In this document: positions 18,165-26,583 of the stretch, in pieces | How the letters are laid out: every line of letters starts with the position of its first letter | How positions within the stretch are numbered: position 1 is the first letter of the stretch | Virus genome (UHGV): UHGV-1350822 | Direction: 5' to 3' (one strand) | Source: a virus | DNA length: 38,999 bases | The notes under the pieces: model-generated | The model's input: only the letters and a program-made list of their open reading frames with translations | Told to the model about the DNA's origin: nothing | Database searches by the model: none | Translations under genes and position numbers: made by a program

Positions 18165-18992
18165 ATGGGGTATGTCTCTATACACCGCCAGTTTATGGAC
18201 AGCAGGCTCTATAAGGACTCTCAGGCAGTACATCTTTGGCTTCACTTAATCCTCAAGGCTAATCACGAATCTACTGTCGTCAATACGGATATCGGTCCGA
18301 TAACTGTTGATCGCGGTCAGATGATAACTGGACGCCCGTCGCTGGTCAGAGAAACATTCATCCCCGACAACAAAGTTCGGAGCTTATTACGGACTTTTGA
18401 GTCGAAAGGGATGCTTAATATTTGCTCGATGGGGAAGAAATTTAGCCTGTTTACAATCGTTAAATATGACGATTTTCAGGCAAAAAATTGTCCAACGGTT
18501 GTCCAACGGTTGTCCAACGCAAACCCCAGTAATGGCGCGGCTCTCAGCGGAGATTGTCCAACGGTTGTCCAACGGTTGTCCATAAACAATAATATAAATA
18601 ATATCTCTAATACTGACGTATTAGAGAGTGCCACAGCAGACAAAAAGTCTGACAAGAAAAAACCTTCCGTTAGCTGTCAGGATGTTGTCGATGCTTACCA
18701 CGAAATCCTTCCTGAAGCGCCAAGAATCCGCGCACTGAATGACAAGCGTAAAAACCAGATCCGAACGTTCTGGCGCAAAGCCGGAGTGATAACCCGCCAG
18801 CTTGACGGGCATGGGTTCACGATGCAGGACTGGAGAAATTATTTGAGCTACGTAGGCGAAAATTGCCGATGGATGTTCGAAGAACGCCCAAACCATCAAC
18901 GCGGAACCGTCTGGCACAAAAAGGGATTTGATTTCCTGCTTAACGACAATACCTACCTGAAAGTTCGTGAGGGTGAACACGATGACCGATAA
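18165..18992 (+). CDS. Replication initiator (lambda O / P22 gp18 functional analogue) containing the origin iterons
   Basis: Position after cII; internal iteron array; AGGAGG RBS before ATG 18165 (ORF track starts at 18102). Confidence 0.7.
   Translation: MGYVSIHRQFMDSRLYKDSQAVHLWLHLILKANHESTVVNTDIGPITVDRGQMITGRPSLVRETFIPDNKVRSLLRTFESKGMLNICSMGKKFSLFTIVKYDDFQAKNCPTVVQRLSNANPSNGAALSGDCPTVVQRLSINNNINNISNTDVLESATADKKSDKKKPSVSCQDVVDAYHEILPEAPRIRALNDKRKNQIRTFWRKAGVITRQLDGHGFTMQDWRNYLSYVGENCRWMFEERPNHQRGTVWHKKGFDFLLNDNTYLKVREGEHDDR
18488..18630 (+). repeat. Origin of replication: six 11-bp iterons (TTGTCCAACGG) in two clusters followed by an AT-rich segment
   Basis: Direct repeats at 18488-18520 and 18554-18583, then an AT-rich stretch to about 18630, all inside the initiator gene as in ori-lambda. 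Confidence 0.75.
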
Positions 18993-20418
18993 TTTTTATG
19001 CGCCGCCCCATAGCATCGAGGCAGAGCAGGCGGTTATTGGTGGATTGCTTCTGGATGATGACAGCAGTGAGCGCGTCCGGAAAGTTCTGGCGATGCTGAA
19101 GCCTGATTCATTTTACAGCCGGCCACACAAAATCCTTTTCGAAGAAATAACCAGAATGCACCGGGAGCAAAAGCCAGTAGATGGGCTGACGCTTTTCGAT
19201 GAACTGGAGCGCAAATCGTTAACGGCGTCTGTTGGCGGTTTTGCTTATATCGCTGAGATCGCAAAGAACACGCCAAGCGCAGCAAACATCGTTGCCTATG
19301 CAATGCAGGTTCGTGAAACCGCAATGGAACGCTACGCCATCAACCGCATGACTGAAGCGACGGAATTGCTCTATTCACGCAACGGAATGACTGCAACGCA
19401 GAAGTACGAAGCTATTCAGGCGATTTTCACGCAACTGACAGACCATGCAAAAACCGGATCGCGTCGCGGCCTTCGCTTATTTGGTGAGGTCATGGAAGAC
19501 TGGGTTAGCGACCTTGAGAAGCGATTTGACCCGTCAGGCGAACAACGAGGAATGAGCACAGGGATCCCATCGCTGGACAGGATGCTGTCACCGAAAGGTC
19601 TGGTGAAAGGCTCTCTGTTTGTCATTGGCGCTCGCCCTAAGATGGGGAAAACGACGCTATACAGCCAGATGGCAATCAATTGCGCAGTGCATGAGAAAAA
19701 GCCAGCTCTGATGTTCAGCCTTGAAATGCCAGGTGACCAGATACTGGAAAAACTGGTAGGGCAGAAGTCTGGTGTTAACCCGAATATTTTTTACCTTCCG
19801 GCGACAAATGACGCTGATGACGGCTATCAGGGTGATTACGATGGTGACTTCAACAGGGCGATCGAAACAGCAAATCGCTTGAGTGAAATCGACCTGCTTT
19901 ACATCGACGACACGCCTGGATTATCTCTGGCTCAAATCGTCAGCGAAAGCCGTCGAATCAAGCGAGAAAAAGGATGTGTTGGGATGATTCTGGTCGATTA
20001 CCTGACACTAATGACCGCTGAGAAAGCCGATCGTAACGACCTTGCTTACGGCATGATCACCAAAGGACTGAAGAACCTTGCCAAAGAGCTTGATTGCGTT
20101 GTTGTGCTTCTGACGCAGCTTAACCGCGCACTGGAAAGCCGAACCAATAAACGCCCATTACCAAGTGACTCGCGCGATACAGGGCAGATTGAACAGGATT
20201 GCGATTATTGGGTGGGGATCCATCGTGAAGGTGCTTTTGATGACAGTGTTCCGCCTGGTGAAACCGAACTAATCCTTCGTCTCAATCGTCATGGCAATAC
20301 CGGCACGGTGTATTGCATTCAGGCAAATGGCGCTATTTATGACACAGACCAACAGTCTGCTGAAATGCGCCGCCGTGAACGCGAGGAACCGCAGTCCAAG
20401 AAGAAAGGAGGATTCTGA
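18982..20418 (+). CDS. DnaB-family replicative helicase (P22 gene 12 type)
   Basis: Walker A GARPKMGKTT; N-terminal DnaB domain; start overlaps the initiator gene end, GAGGGTG RBS. Confidence 0.9.
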   Translation: MTDNFYAPPHSIEAEQAVIGGLLLDDDSSERVRKVLAMLKPDSFYSRPHKILFEEITRMHREQKPVDGLTLFDELERKSLTASVGGFAYIAEIAKNTPSAANIVAYAMQVRETAMERYAINRMTEATELLYSRNGMTATQKYEAIQAIFTQLTDHAKTGSRRGLRLFGEVMEDWVSDLEKRFDPSGEQRGMSTGIPSLDRMLSPKGLVKGSLFVIGARPKMGKTTLYSQMAINCAVHEKKPALMFSLEMPGDQILEKLVGQKSGVNPNIFYLPATNDADDGYQGDYDGDFNRAIETANRLSEIDLLYIDDTPGLSLAQIVSESRRIKREKGCVGMILVDYLTLMTAEKADRNDLAYGMITKGLKNLAKELDCVVVLLTQLNRALESRTNKRPLPSDSRDTGQIEQDCDYWVGIHREGAFDDSVPPGETELILRLNRHGNTGTVYCIQANGAIYDTDQQSAEMRRREREEPQSKKKGGF

Positions 20419-20455
20419 TGACCACCTACATCACTGAGCTAATAACAGGCCTGCT

Positions 20456-20486
20456 GGTAATCGCAGGCCTTTTTATTTGGGGGAGA
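20456..20486 (+). terminator. Rho-independent terminator (tR2-like) after the helicase
   Basis: 8-bp stem AGGCCTGC/GCAGGCCT with 8-nt loop, followed by TTTTTATTT. Confidence 0.75.
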
Positions 20487-20493
20487 GGGAAGT

Positions 20494-20820
20494 GTGGCTG
20501 ACTGGCAAATTCCAATCATCATTCTTGCCGGAGCTTCGCTGGTTGCTGGCTTTATCCTGCTGAAAAAGCATAAAGACCGTGATCAAAAAGTCGAAGTTCT
20601 CTATGGGTATCCAGCGAACAGCACAACATGGCTGACCATTTACCACTACCGAAAATCAGGCCGCTGGGTATTCGAATGGGATGATCTGTTCGCTGAAAAG
20701 CGATCAAAGTCATGGGGAGACATCAGCGAATGCATGATGTTTGAAGAAAGAAAATCCGGCGCAACTCGAGAAGAGTTTAACGAAGCGTGGGCGCGATTAA
20801 GTGAGAGAGGGTATTTGTGA
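20494..20820 (+). CDS. Hypothetical membrane-anchored protein (N-terminal TM helix), ren position
   Basis: 108-aa ORF; N-terminal hydrophobic helix IPIIILAGASLVAGFILL. Confidence 0.5.
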   Translation: MADWQIPIIILAGASLVAGFILLKKHKDRDQKVEVLYGYPANSTTWLTIYHYRKSGRWVFEWDDLFAEKRSKSWGDISECMMFEERKSGATREEFNEAWARLSERGYL

Positions 20821-21017
20821 GCAAGTACGAAAAATTAGATCAAAACATTCTTTCAATGCTGAGTGAAAGACCAACACCTGTTTTTGATATCTGGCTTAAA
20901 TGGCGGAGCAATGGAATGTATATCGAAACCATCGATCGCCGTATGCAATACCTGAGAAAGAAAGGGCTTGTTGCAAATGTGCGTGGGAAGGGTTGGGTGA
21001 AAATTAACCTGTCATAA
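20817..21017 (+). CDS. Hypothetical small protein, possible winged-helix
   Basis: 66-aa ORF; GTGA start/stop overlap with the upstream gene. Confidence 0.45.
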   Translation: MSKYEKLDQNILSMLSERPTPVFDIWLKWRSNGMYIETIDRRMQYLRKKGLVANVRGKGWVKINLS

Positions 21018-21028
21018 CGGGGATTGAT

Positions 21029-21295
21029 ATGGACGAATCAAGAAAGCAGTTTGAAGAATGGTTTGAAAATTACACCGGATGTGATCCTAAAAATAAAATA
21101 TACGCCAATATGGTTGAGATGTATTGGCAAGCGTGGCAGGCATCGCGAGCAGCTATCGAGATTGAGTGTCCTGGAAAAAGAGAGCGTGAGGCATTTTCTA
21201 CCGATTTCGAGGATGGGGTCACATTTGGTTATAACGACGCAATTAGTGAATGCGAAGGACGGATTCGCGCTGCTGGAGTCAAAGTGAAGGAGTGA
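21029..21295 (+). CDS. Hypothetical protein
   Basis: 88-aa ORF with RBS. Confidence 0.5.
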   Translation: MDESRKQFEEWFENYTGCDPKNKIYANMVEMYWQAWQASRAAIEIECPGKREREAFSTDFEDGVTFGYNDAISECEGRIRAAGVKVKE

Positions 21296-21297
21296 GT

Positions 21298-21462
21298 ATG
21301 AGCGCATACGAAGAAATCATGTTAGCCCTGCGATTCTTTTTCGGTGTGGAAGAAGATGAAAACGTAAATGAGATTATCGGGCAAGACCATGACCCGATAG
21401 GGACTATTGCAGCTGCACTTGACGATTACAGGAGCGTAAATGGTGAGGAAACTAACGTTTGA
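21298..21462 (+). CDS. Hypothetical small acidic protein
   Basis: AAGGAG RBS before ATG 21298; ORF track shows a longer version from 21250. Confidence 0.4.
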   Translation: MSAYEEIMLALRFFFGVEEDENVNEIIGQDHDPIGTIAAALDDYRSVNGEETNV

Positions 21463-21883
21463 ACTAAGAAGCCCCATCCATCAGCAGAACGCCATTCAAG
21501 CTATCCAGCAAATTCTTCCAGACCCAACCAAACCAATCGTAGTAACCATTCAGGAACGCAACCGCAGCTTAGACCAAAACAGGAAGCTATGGGCCTGCTT
21601 AGGTGACGTCTCTCGTCAGGTTGAATGGCATGGTCGCTGGCTGGATGCAGAAAGCTGGAAGTGTGTGTTTACCGCAGCATTAAAGCAGCAGGATGTTGTT
21701 CCTAACCTTGCCGGGAATGGCTTTGTGGTAATAGGCCAGTCAACCAGCAGGATGCGTGTAAGCGAATTTGCTGAGCTATTAGAGCTTATACAGGCATTCG
21801 GGACAGAGCGTGGCGTTAAGTGGTCAGACGAAGCGCGACTGGCTCTCGAATGGAAAGCGCGATGGGGAGATCGGGCTGCATGA
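21440..21883 (+). CDS. ninB: NinB (Orf-family recombination mediator)
   Basis: Near-identity to lambda NinB as recalled (…LTFE.RSP.HQQNAI.A.QQILPDPTKPIVVTIQERNRSLDQNRKLWACLGDVSRQVEWHGRWLDAESWK…). Confidence 0.9.
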   Translation: MVRKLTFELRSPIHQQNAIQAIQQILPDPTKPIVVTIQERNRSLDQNRKLWACLGDVSRQVEWHGRWLDAESWKCVFTAALKQQDVVPNLAGNGFVVIGQSTSRMRVSEFAELLELIQAFGTERGVKWSDEARLALEWKARWGDRAA

Positions 21884-22407
21884 CTATCAAATCAAATACG
21901 CCGGCACACGACAAGGACTGCTGGCAAACGCCGCTTTGGCTTTTTGATGCACTGGATATTGAGTTTGGATTCTGGCTGGATTCGGCAGCGAGCGACAAAA
22001 ATGCTCTGTGCGCTCACTGGTTAACTGAGGCCGACGACGCGCTAAATTCTGAGTGGATAAGCCACGGTGCAATCTGGAATAACCCACCGTACAGCAATAT
22101 CAGGCCGTGGGTGGAAAAAGCCGCTGAGCAGTGCATACAACAGCGACAGACGGTAGTTATGCTTGTGCCAGAGGATATGTCAGTCGGATGGTTCAGCAAG
22201 GCTCTGGAGAGTGTCGACGAAGTTCGCATTATCACTGATGGACGGATTAATTTTATCGAACCATCGACAGGGCTGGAGAAGAAGGGAAACAGCAAAGGCT
22301 CCATGCTGCTGATTTGGCGACCGTTCATCAGTCCTCGACGGATGTTTACTACCGTATCCAAAGCGGCATTGATGGCGATCGGGCAGGGCGTCAGGAGGGC
22401 GGCATGA
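21880..22407 (+). CDS. Orphan phage N6-adenine DNA methyltransferase (Dam-like)
   Basis: NPPY catalytic motif ([10 protein letters not shown]); ATGA overlap with the ninB stop at 21880 (ORF-track start at 21820 is unlikely). Confidence 0.75.
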   Translation: MTIKSNTPAHDKDCWQTPLWLFDALDIEFGFWLDSAASDKNALCAHWLTEADDALNSEWISHGAIWNNPPYSNIRPWVEKAAEQCIQQRQTVVMLVPEDMSVGWFSKALESVDEVRIITDGRINFIEPSTGLEKKGNSKGSMLLIWRPFISPRRMFTTVSKAALMAIGQGVRRAA

Positions 22408-22586
22408 GGCGACAGCGACGAAGTTTCACCGACATCATCTGCGAAAACTGCAAATACATTCCAACGAAACGCTCCAGAAATAAACGCAAGCCAATCCCAA
22501 AAGAATCTGACGTAAAAACCTTCAACTACACGGCTCACCTGTGGGATATCCGGTGGCTTAGAGAACGTGCGAGGAAAACAAGGTGA
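22404..22586 (+). CDS. ninE: NinE
   Basis: [23 protein letters not shown]...[16 protein letters not shown] matches lambda NinE; ATGA overlap with the upstream gene. Confidence 0.8.
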   Translation: MRRQRRSFTDIICENCKYIPTKRSRNKRKPIPKESDVKTFNYTAHLWDIRWLRERARKTR

Positions 22587-22753
22587 TTGACCAAAATCGA
22601 AGTTACGAACAAGAAAGCGTCGAGCGAGCTTTAACGTGCGCTAACTGCGGTCAGAAGCTGCATGTGCTGGAAGTTCACATGTGTGAGCACTGCTGCGCAG
22701 AACTGATGAGCGATCCGAACAGCTCAATGTACGAGGAAGAAGACGATGAATGA
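22583..22753 (+). CDS. ninF: NinF
   Basis: GTG start; translation [48 protein letters not shown] matches lambda NinF; not in the ORF track (under 60 aa). Confidence 0.7.
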   Translation: MIDQNRSYEQESVERALTCANCGQKLHVLEVHMCEHCCAELMSDPNSSMYEEEDDE

Positions 22754-23468
22754 GTTAATAAATGGCAATTCCATCAAAATGACAAGCATTGAAATCGCTG
22801 AGTTGGTGGGAAGTCGTCATGACAAGGTGAAACAATCTATTGAACGACTGGCGGCTCGAGGTGTGATCCGAAATCCCCCAATGGTGGTTTTCGAAAAAAT
22901 CAATAACTTAGGATTACTTCGTGGCGTAGAGGCTTACGTTTTTGAGGGCGAACAAGGTAAGCGAGACAGCATTATTGTCGTCGCTCAGTTGTCGCCGGAA
23001 TTCACCGCTCGTCTTGTTGACCGTTGGCGAGAGCTTGAGGAAACTGCGGTTAATATCCCCAAAACGCTACCAGAAGCGTTGCGCCTTGCTGCTGATCTTG
23101 CTGAGCAGAAAATGCAACTGGAAAACCAGCTCGCAATTGCCGCACCTAAAGTTGAGTTTGCCGATCGCGTTGGCGAGGCCAGCGGAATTTTGATTGGAAA
23201 CTTTGCAAAGGTTGTTGGAATTGGTCCAAACAAACTGTTTGCGTGGATGCGCGATCACAAAATCCTTATTGCTTCAGGTTCCCGGCGAAATGTGCCAATG
23301 CAGGAATATATGGATCGCGGCTATTTCACAGTGAAAGAAACAGCGGTCAACACAAATCACGGAATACAGATATCGTTCACCACAAAAATCACCGGGCGTG
23401 GTCAACAGTGGCTGACCAGAAAGCTGCACGATAACGGAATGCTGAAAGTAACAGGGGAGGCTGCTTAA
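22746..23468 (+). CDS. roi: Roi-like / Rha-KilAC antirepressor-family DNA-binding protein
   Basis: 240-aa protein; N-terminal Rha-like region and C-terminal KilA-C-like domain; nin-region position as for HK022 roi (recalled). Confidence 0.6.
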   Translation: MNELINGNSIKMTSIEIAELVGSRHDKVKQSIERLAARGVIRNPPMVVFEKINNLGLLRGVEAYVFEGEQGKRDSIIVVAQLSPEFTARLVDRWRELEETAVNIPKTLPEALRLAADLAEQKMQLENQLAIAAPKVEFADRVGEASGILIGNFAKVVGIGPNKLFAWMRDHKILIASGSRRNVPMQEYMDRGYFTVKETAVNTNHGIQISFTTKITGRGQQWLTRKLHDNGMLKVTGEAA

Positions 23469-23758
23469 TGGCTAACCTACGCAAAGAAGCGCGCGGAAGA
23501 GAATGTCAGGTACGTATTTACGGCGTATGCAATGGCAACCCTGAAACTACAGTTCTGGCACATTACCGGATGGCTGGAATTTGCGGAACGGGAATGAAGC
23601 CTGACGACCTGATCGGCGCATGGGCTTGTAGCGCGTGTCACGATGAAATCGACCGACGCACCCATAATCTCGACAACAAAGACGCCAGACTTTACCACCT
23701 CGAAGGCGTGATCAGGACGCAGGTGATACTACTGAAGGAGGGAAAGATTAAGCCATGA
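23468..23758 (+). CDS. ybcO: YbcO-like DUF1364 protein (putative nuclease)
   Basis: MANLRKEARGRECQVRIYGVCNGNPETTVLAHYR...CSACHDEIDRR resembles DLP12 YbcO. Confidence 0.7.
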   Translation: MANLRKEARGRECQVRIYGVCNGNPETTVLAHYRMAGICGTGMKPDDLIGAWACSACHDEIDRRTHNLDNKDARLYHLEGVIRTQVILLKEGKIKP

Positions 23759-24117
23759 ACGAATATCAGTTTGTGCTTCCATACCCGCCGTCGGTGAATA
23801 CCTACTGGCGAAGAAGGGGAAGCCAATACTACATCAGCGATAAAGGCCAGAAATACAGAAAAGACGTTCAGAAAATCATCCGCCAACTCAAGTTAGATAT
23901 TTTCACCAAATCACGACTCCGCATCAAAGTCATCGCAGACGTTCCAGACTCCCGCCGCCGCGACCTCGATAACATCCTGAAGGGTTTACTCGACTCCCTT
24001 ATCCACGCCGGATTTGCGGAAGACGACGAGCAATTCGATGACATTCGCGTAATTCGTGGCGTGAAAGTACCAGGCGGAAGGCTTGGAATAAAAATCACCG
24101 AACTGGAGAACGTATGA
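23755..24117 (+). CDS. rusA: RusA Holliday-junction resolvase
   Basis: 120 aa; conserved RRRDLDN motif and overall similarity to E. coli RusA. Confidence 0.85.
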   Translation: MNEYQFVLPYPPSVNTYWRRRGSQYYISDKGQKYRKDVQKIIRQLKLDIFTKSRLRIKVIADVPDSRRRDLDNILKGLLDSLIHAGFAEDDEQFDDIRVIRGVKVPGGRLGIKITELENV

Positions 24118-24302
24118 ACGCCACAATTCAAACGATACCAGAGCTTCTTATCCAGACACGAGGCAATCAGACCGAAGTGGCGAGGATGCTTTCCTGCGCA
24201 AGAGGAACGGTGCTCAAGTACAACCGAGACAGCAAAGGCGAACGTCACGTAATAGTTAACGGCGTCCTGATGGTCAAACAGGGCAAGAGGGGGAGACGAT
24301 GA
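24114..24302 (+). CDS. ninH: NinH
   Basis: TIPELLIQTRGNQTEVARMLSCARGTVLKY...VNGVLMV resembles lambda NinH. Confidence 0.75.
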   Translation: MNATIQTIPELLIQTRGNQTEVARMLSCARGTVLKYNRDSKGERHVIVNGVLMVKQGKRGRR

Positions 24303-24922
24303 GACTCGAAAGCGTAGCTAAATTTCATTCGCCAAAAAGCCCGATGATGAGCGACTCACCACGGGCCACGGCTTCTGACTCTCTTTCCGGTACTGATGTG
24401 ATGGCTGCCATGGGGATGGCGCAATCACAAGCCGGATTCGGAATGGCTGCATTCTGTGGTAAGCACGAACTCAGCCAGAACGACAAACAAAAGGCTATCA
24501 ACTATCTGATGCAATTTGCACACAAGGTATCGGGGAAATACCGTGGTGTGGCAAAGCTCGAAGGAAATACTAAGGCGAAGGTACTGCAAGTGCTCGCAAC
24601 ATTCGCTTATGCGGATTATTGCCGTAGTGCCGCGACACCGGGCGCAAGATGCAGAGATTGCCACGGTACTGGCCGGGCCGTTGATATTGCCAAAACAGAG
24701 CAGTGGGGGAGAGTTGTCGAGAAAGAGTGCGGAAGATGCAAAGGCGTCGGCTATTCTAGGATGCCAGCAAGCGCCGCATATCGCGCTGTAACGATGCTAA
24801 TCCCCAACCTTACCCAACCCACCTGGTCACGAACTGTTAAGCCGCTGTATGACGCTCTGGTGGTGCAATGCCACAAGGAAGAGTCAATCGCAGACAACAT
24901 TTTGAACGCGGTCACACGTTAG
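24299..24922 (+). CDS. Q: Late-gene antiterminator Q (lambda type)
   Basis: 207-aa protein essentially identical to lambda Q as recalled, with the zinc-finger CRDCHGTGR...CGRCKG. Confidence 0.95.
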   Translation: MRLESVAKFHSPKSPMMSDSPRATASDSLSGTDVMAAMGMAQSQAGFGMAAFCGKHELSQNDKQKAINYLMQFAHKVSGKYRGVAKLEGNTKAKVLQVLATFAYADYCRSAATPGARCRDCHGTGRAVDIAKTEQWGRVVEKECGRCKGVGYSRMPASAAYRAVTMLIPNLTQPTWSRTVKPLYDALVVQCHKEESIADNILNAVTR

Positions 24923-24964
24923 CAGCATGATTGCCACGGATGGCAACATATTAACGGCATGATA

Positions 24965-24993
24965 TTGACTTTTTGAATAAAGTTGGGTAAATT
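24965..24993 (+). promoter_or_regulatory. Late promoter pR' (-35 TTGACT, 17-bp spacer, -10 TAAATT) with adjacent Q-utilisation region
   Basis: Sequence nearly identical to the lambda pR' region. Confidence 0.8.
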
Positions 24994-25172
24994 TGACCCA
25001 ACGATGGGTTAATTCGCTCGTTGTGGTAGTGAGATAAAAAGAGGCGGCGCTTACTACCGATTCCGCCTAGTTGGTCACTTCGACGTATCGTCTGGAACTC
25101 CAACCATCGCAGGCTGAGAGGTCTGCAAAATGCAATCCCGAAACAGTTCGCAGGTAATAGTTAGAGCCTGCA

Positions 25173-25272
25173 NNNNNNNNNNNNNNNNNNNNNNNNNNNN
25201 NNNNNNNNNNNNNNNNNNNNNNNNNNNNNNNNNNNNNNNNNNNNNNNNNNNNNNNNNNNNNNNNNNNNNNNN
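25173..25272. other. Assembly gap (100 Ns) flanked by 55-bp duplicated sequence
   Basis: 25118-25172 is identical to 25273-25327; typical scaffold join across a k=55 overlap. Confidence 0.95.
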
Positions 25273-25289
25273 GAGGTCTGCAAAATGCA

Positions 25290-25346
25290 ATCCCGAAACA
25301 GTTCGCAGGTAATAGTTAGAGCCTGCATAACGGTTTCGGGATTTTT
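25290..25346 (+). terminator. tR' Rho-independent terminator
   Basis: Long hairpin CCCGAAAC...GTTTCGGG followed by ATTTTTTAT, as in lambda tR'. Confidence 0.8.
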
Positions 25347-25427
25347 TATATCTGTGCAACAGGTAAGAGCATTGAACCCGCAGACCTCGCGGAATTGGTG
25401 AAAGGTGCCGCGCAGTGCTCTTATCGT

Positions 25428-25557
25428 TGTGGTGAAGCTCAATGGCGAGCTAGCAGATAGGCGACAGTGAAAATACTAGTCATGTAGCTGACCGCCGCGC
25501 GTACTGCAATCGGCAGCGCACCGATGGAAGCCGGTTCGATTCCGGCCGCCACAACCC
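25428..25557 (+). other. tRNA-like element, possible tRNA relic (canonical T-arm and anticodon-like arm, acceptor-complementary 7-mers 126 nt apart)
   Basis: T-arm GCCGG-TTCGATT-CCGGC (25530-46); arm ATCGG-CAGCGCA-CCGAT (25509-25); 3' CGCCACA (25547-53) pairs with TGTGGTG (25428-34) next to a D-arm-like GCTC-AATGGC-GAGC; no clean cloverleaf and no encoded CCA. Confidence 0.3.
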
Positions 25558-25799
25558 AAACTGAGCCGTAGCCACTGGCTATCCTGAATTCATCAGTGAT
25601 AGTTACGCTGCTGCCTTCTACACATGATCTTCGTGAAAGCGGGTGGCAGGAGGTCGCGCTAACAACCTCCTGCCGTTTTGCCCGTGCATATCGGTCACGA
25701 ACAAATCTGATTACTAAACACAGTAGCCTGGATTTGTTCTATCAGTAATCGACCTTATTCCTAATTAAATAGAGCAAATCCCCTTATTGGGGGTAAGAC

Positions 25800-26123
25800 A
25801 TGAAGATGCCAGAAAAACATGACCTGTTAGCCGCCATTCTCGCGGCAAAGGAACAAGGCATCGGGGCAATCCTTGCGTTTGCAATGGCGTACCTTCGCGG
25901 CAGATATAATGGCGGTGCGTTTACAAAAACAGTAATCGACGCAACGATGTGCGCCATTATCGCCTGGTTCATTCGTGACCTTCTCGACTTCGCCGGACTA
26001 AGTAGCAATCTCGCTTATATAACGAGCGTGTTTATCGGCTACATCGGTACTGACTCGATTGGTTCGCTTATCAAACGCTTCGCTGCTAAAAAAGCCGGAG
26101 TAGAAGATGGTGGAAATCAATAA
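25800..26123 (+). CDS. S: Class I holin S (lambda type, dual-start S107/S105)
   Basis: [34 protein letters not shown]... essentially identical to lambda S; dual Met starts at codons 1 and 3. Confidence 0.95.
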   Translation: MKMPEKHDLLAAILAAKEQGIGAILAFAMAYLRGRYNGGAFTKTVIDATMCAIIAWFIRDLLDFAGLSSNLAYITSVFIGYIGTDSIGSLIKRFAAKKAGVEDGGNQ

Positions 26124-26583
26124 TCAACGTAAGGCGTTCCTCGATATGCTGGCGTGGTCAGAGGGAACTGATAACGGACGACAGAAAACCAGAAATCATG
26201 GTTATGACGTCATTGTAGGCGGAGAGCTATTCACTGATTACTCAGATCACCCTCGCAAACTTGTCACGCTAAACCCAAAACTCAAATCAACAGCAGCCGG
26301 GCGCTATCAGCTTCTTTCCCGTTGGTGGGATGCCTATCGTAAGCAGCTTGGCCTGAAAGACTTCTCTCCGAAAAGCCAGGACGCTGTGGCACTGCAACAG
26401 ATTAAAGAGCGTGGCGCTTTACCGATGATTGATCGCGGTGATATTCGTCAGGCTATCGACCGTTGCAGTAATATCTGGGCTTCACTGCCGGGCGCTGGTT
26501 ATGGTCAGTTCGAGCATAAGGCTGACAGCCTGATTGCAAAATTCAAAGAAGCAGGCGGAACGGTCAGAGAGATTGAGGTATGA
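26107..26583 (+). CDS. R: Endolysin R (lytic transglycosylase)
   Basis: 158-aa protein essentially identical to lambda R. Confidence 0.95.
   Translation: MVEINNQRKAFLDMLAWSEGTDNGRQKTRNHGYDVIVGGELFTDYSDHPRKLVTLNPKLKSTAAGRYQLLSRWWDAYRKQLGLKDFSPKSQDAVALQQIKERGALPMIDRGDIRQAIDRCSNIWASLPGAGYGQFEHKADSLIAKFKEAGGTVREIEV

Larger units (their letters stand above)
25000..25346 (+). ncRNA. 6S-like pR' leader RNA ending at tR' (interrupted by an assembly gap with duplicated flanks)
   Basis: Lambda-like 6S leader sequence; real length about 190 nt once the 100 Ns and 55-bp duplication are removed. Confidence 0.6.

Noticed and set aside
18480-18590. Regular short direct repeats that could superficially suggest a CRISPR-like array
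   Set aside because: Repeats are 11 bp, contiguous without spacers, and lie inside the replication initiator gene; they are origin iterons.
20417-20500. 27-codon ORF (MTTYITELITGLLVIAGLFIWGRGKCG) with a strong RBS right after the helicase
   Set aside because: The sequence is almost entirely the tR2-like terminator hairpin and T-tract; more likely RNA structure than a peptide, though a tiny membrane peptide cannot be excluded.
25075-25442. ORF-track ORFs containing long runs of X (25075..25359, 25130..25312, 25161..25442)
   Set aside because: They are translations across the 100-N scaffold gap and its duplicated flanks, not real genes.
25428-25557. Calling a bona fide functional tRNA gene
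   Set aside because: I could not fold a canonical 73-90-nt cloverleaf: the acceptor-complementary strands are 126 nt apart, the anticodon-loop position 33 is A rather than U, and no CCA is encoded. Reported only as a tRNA-like relic.
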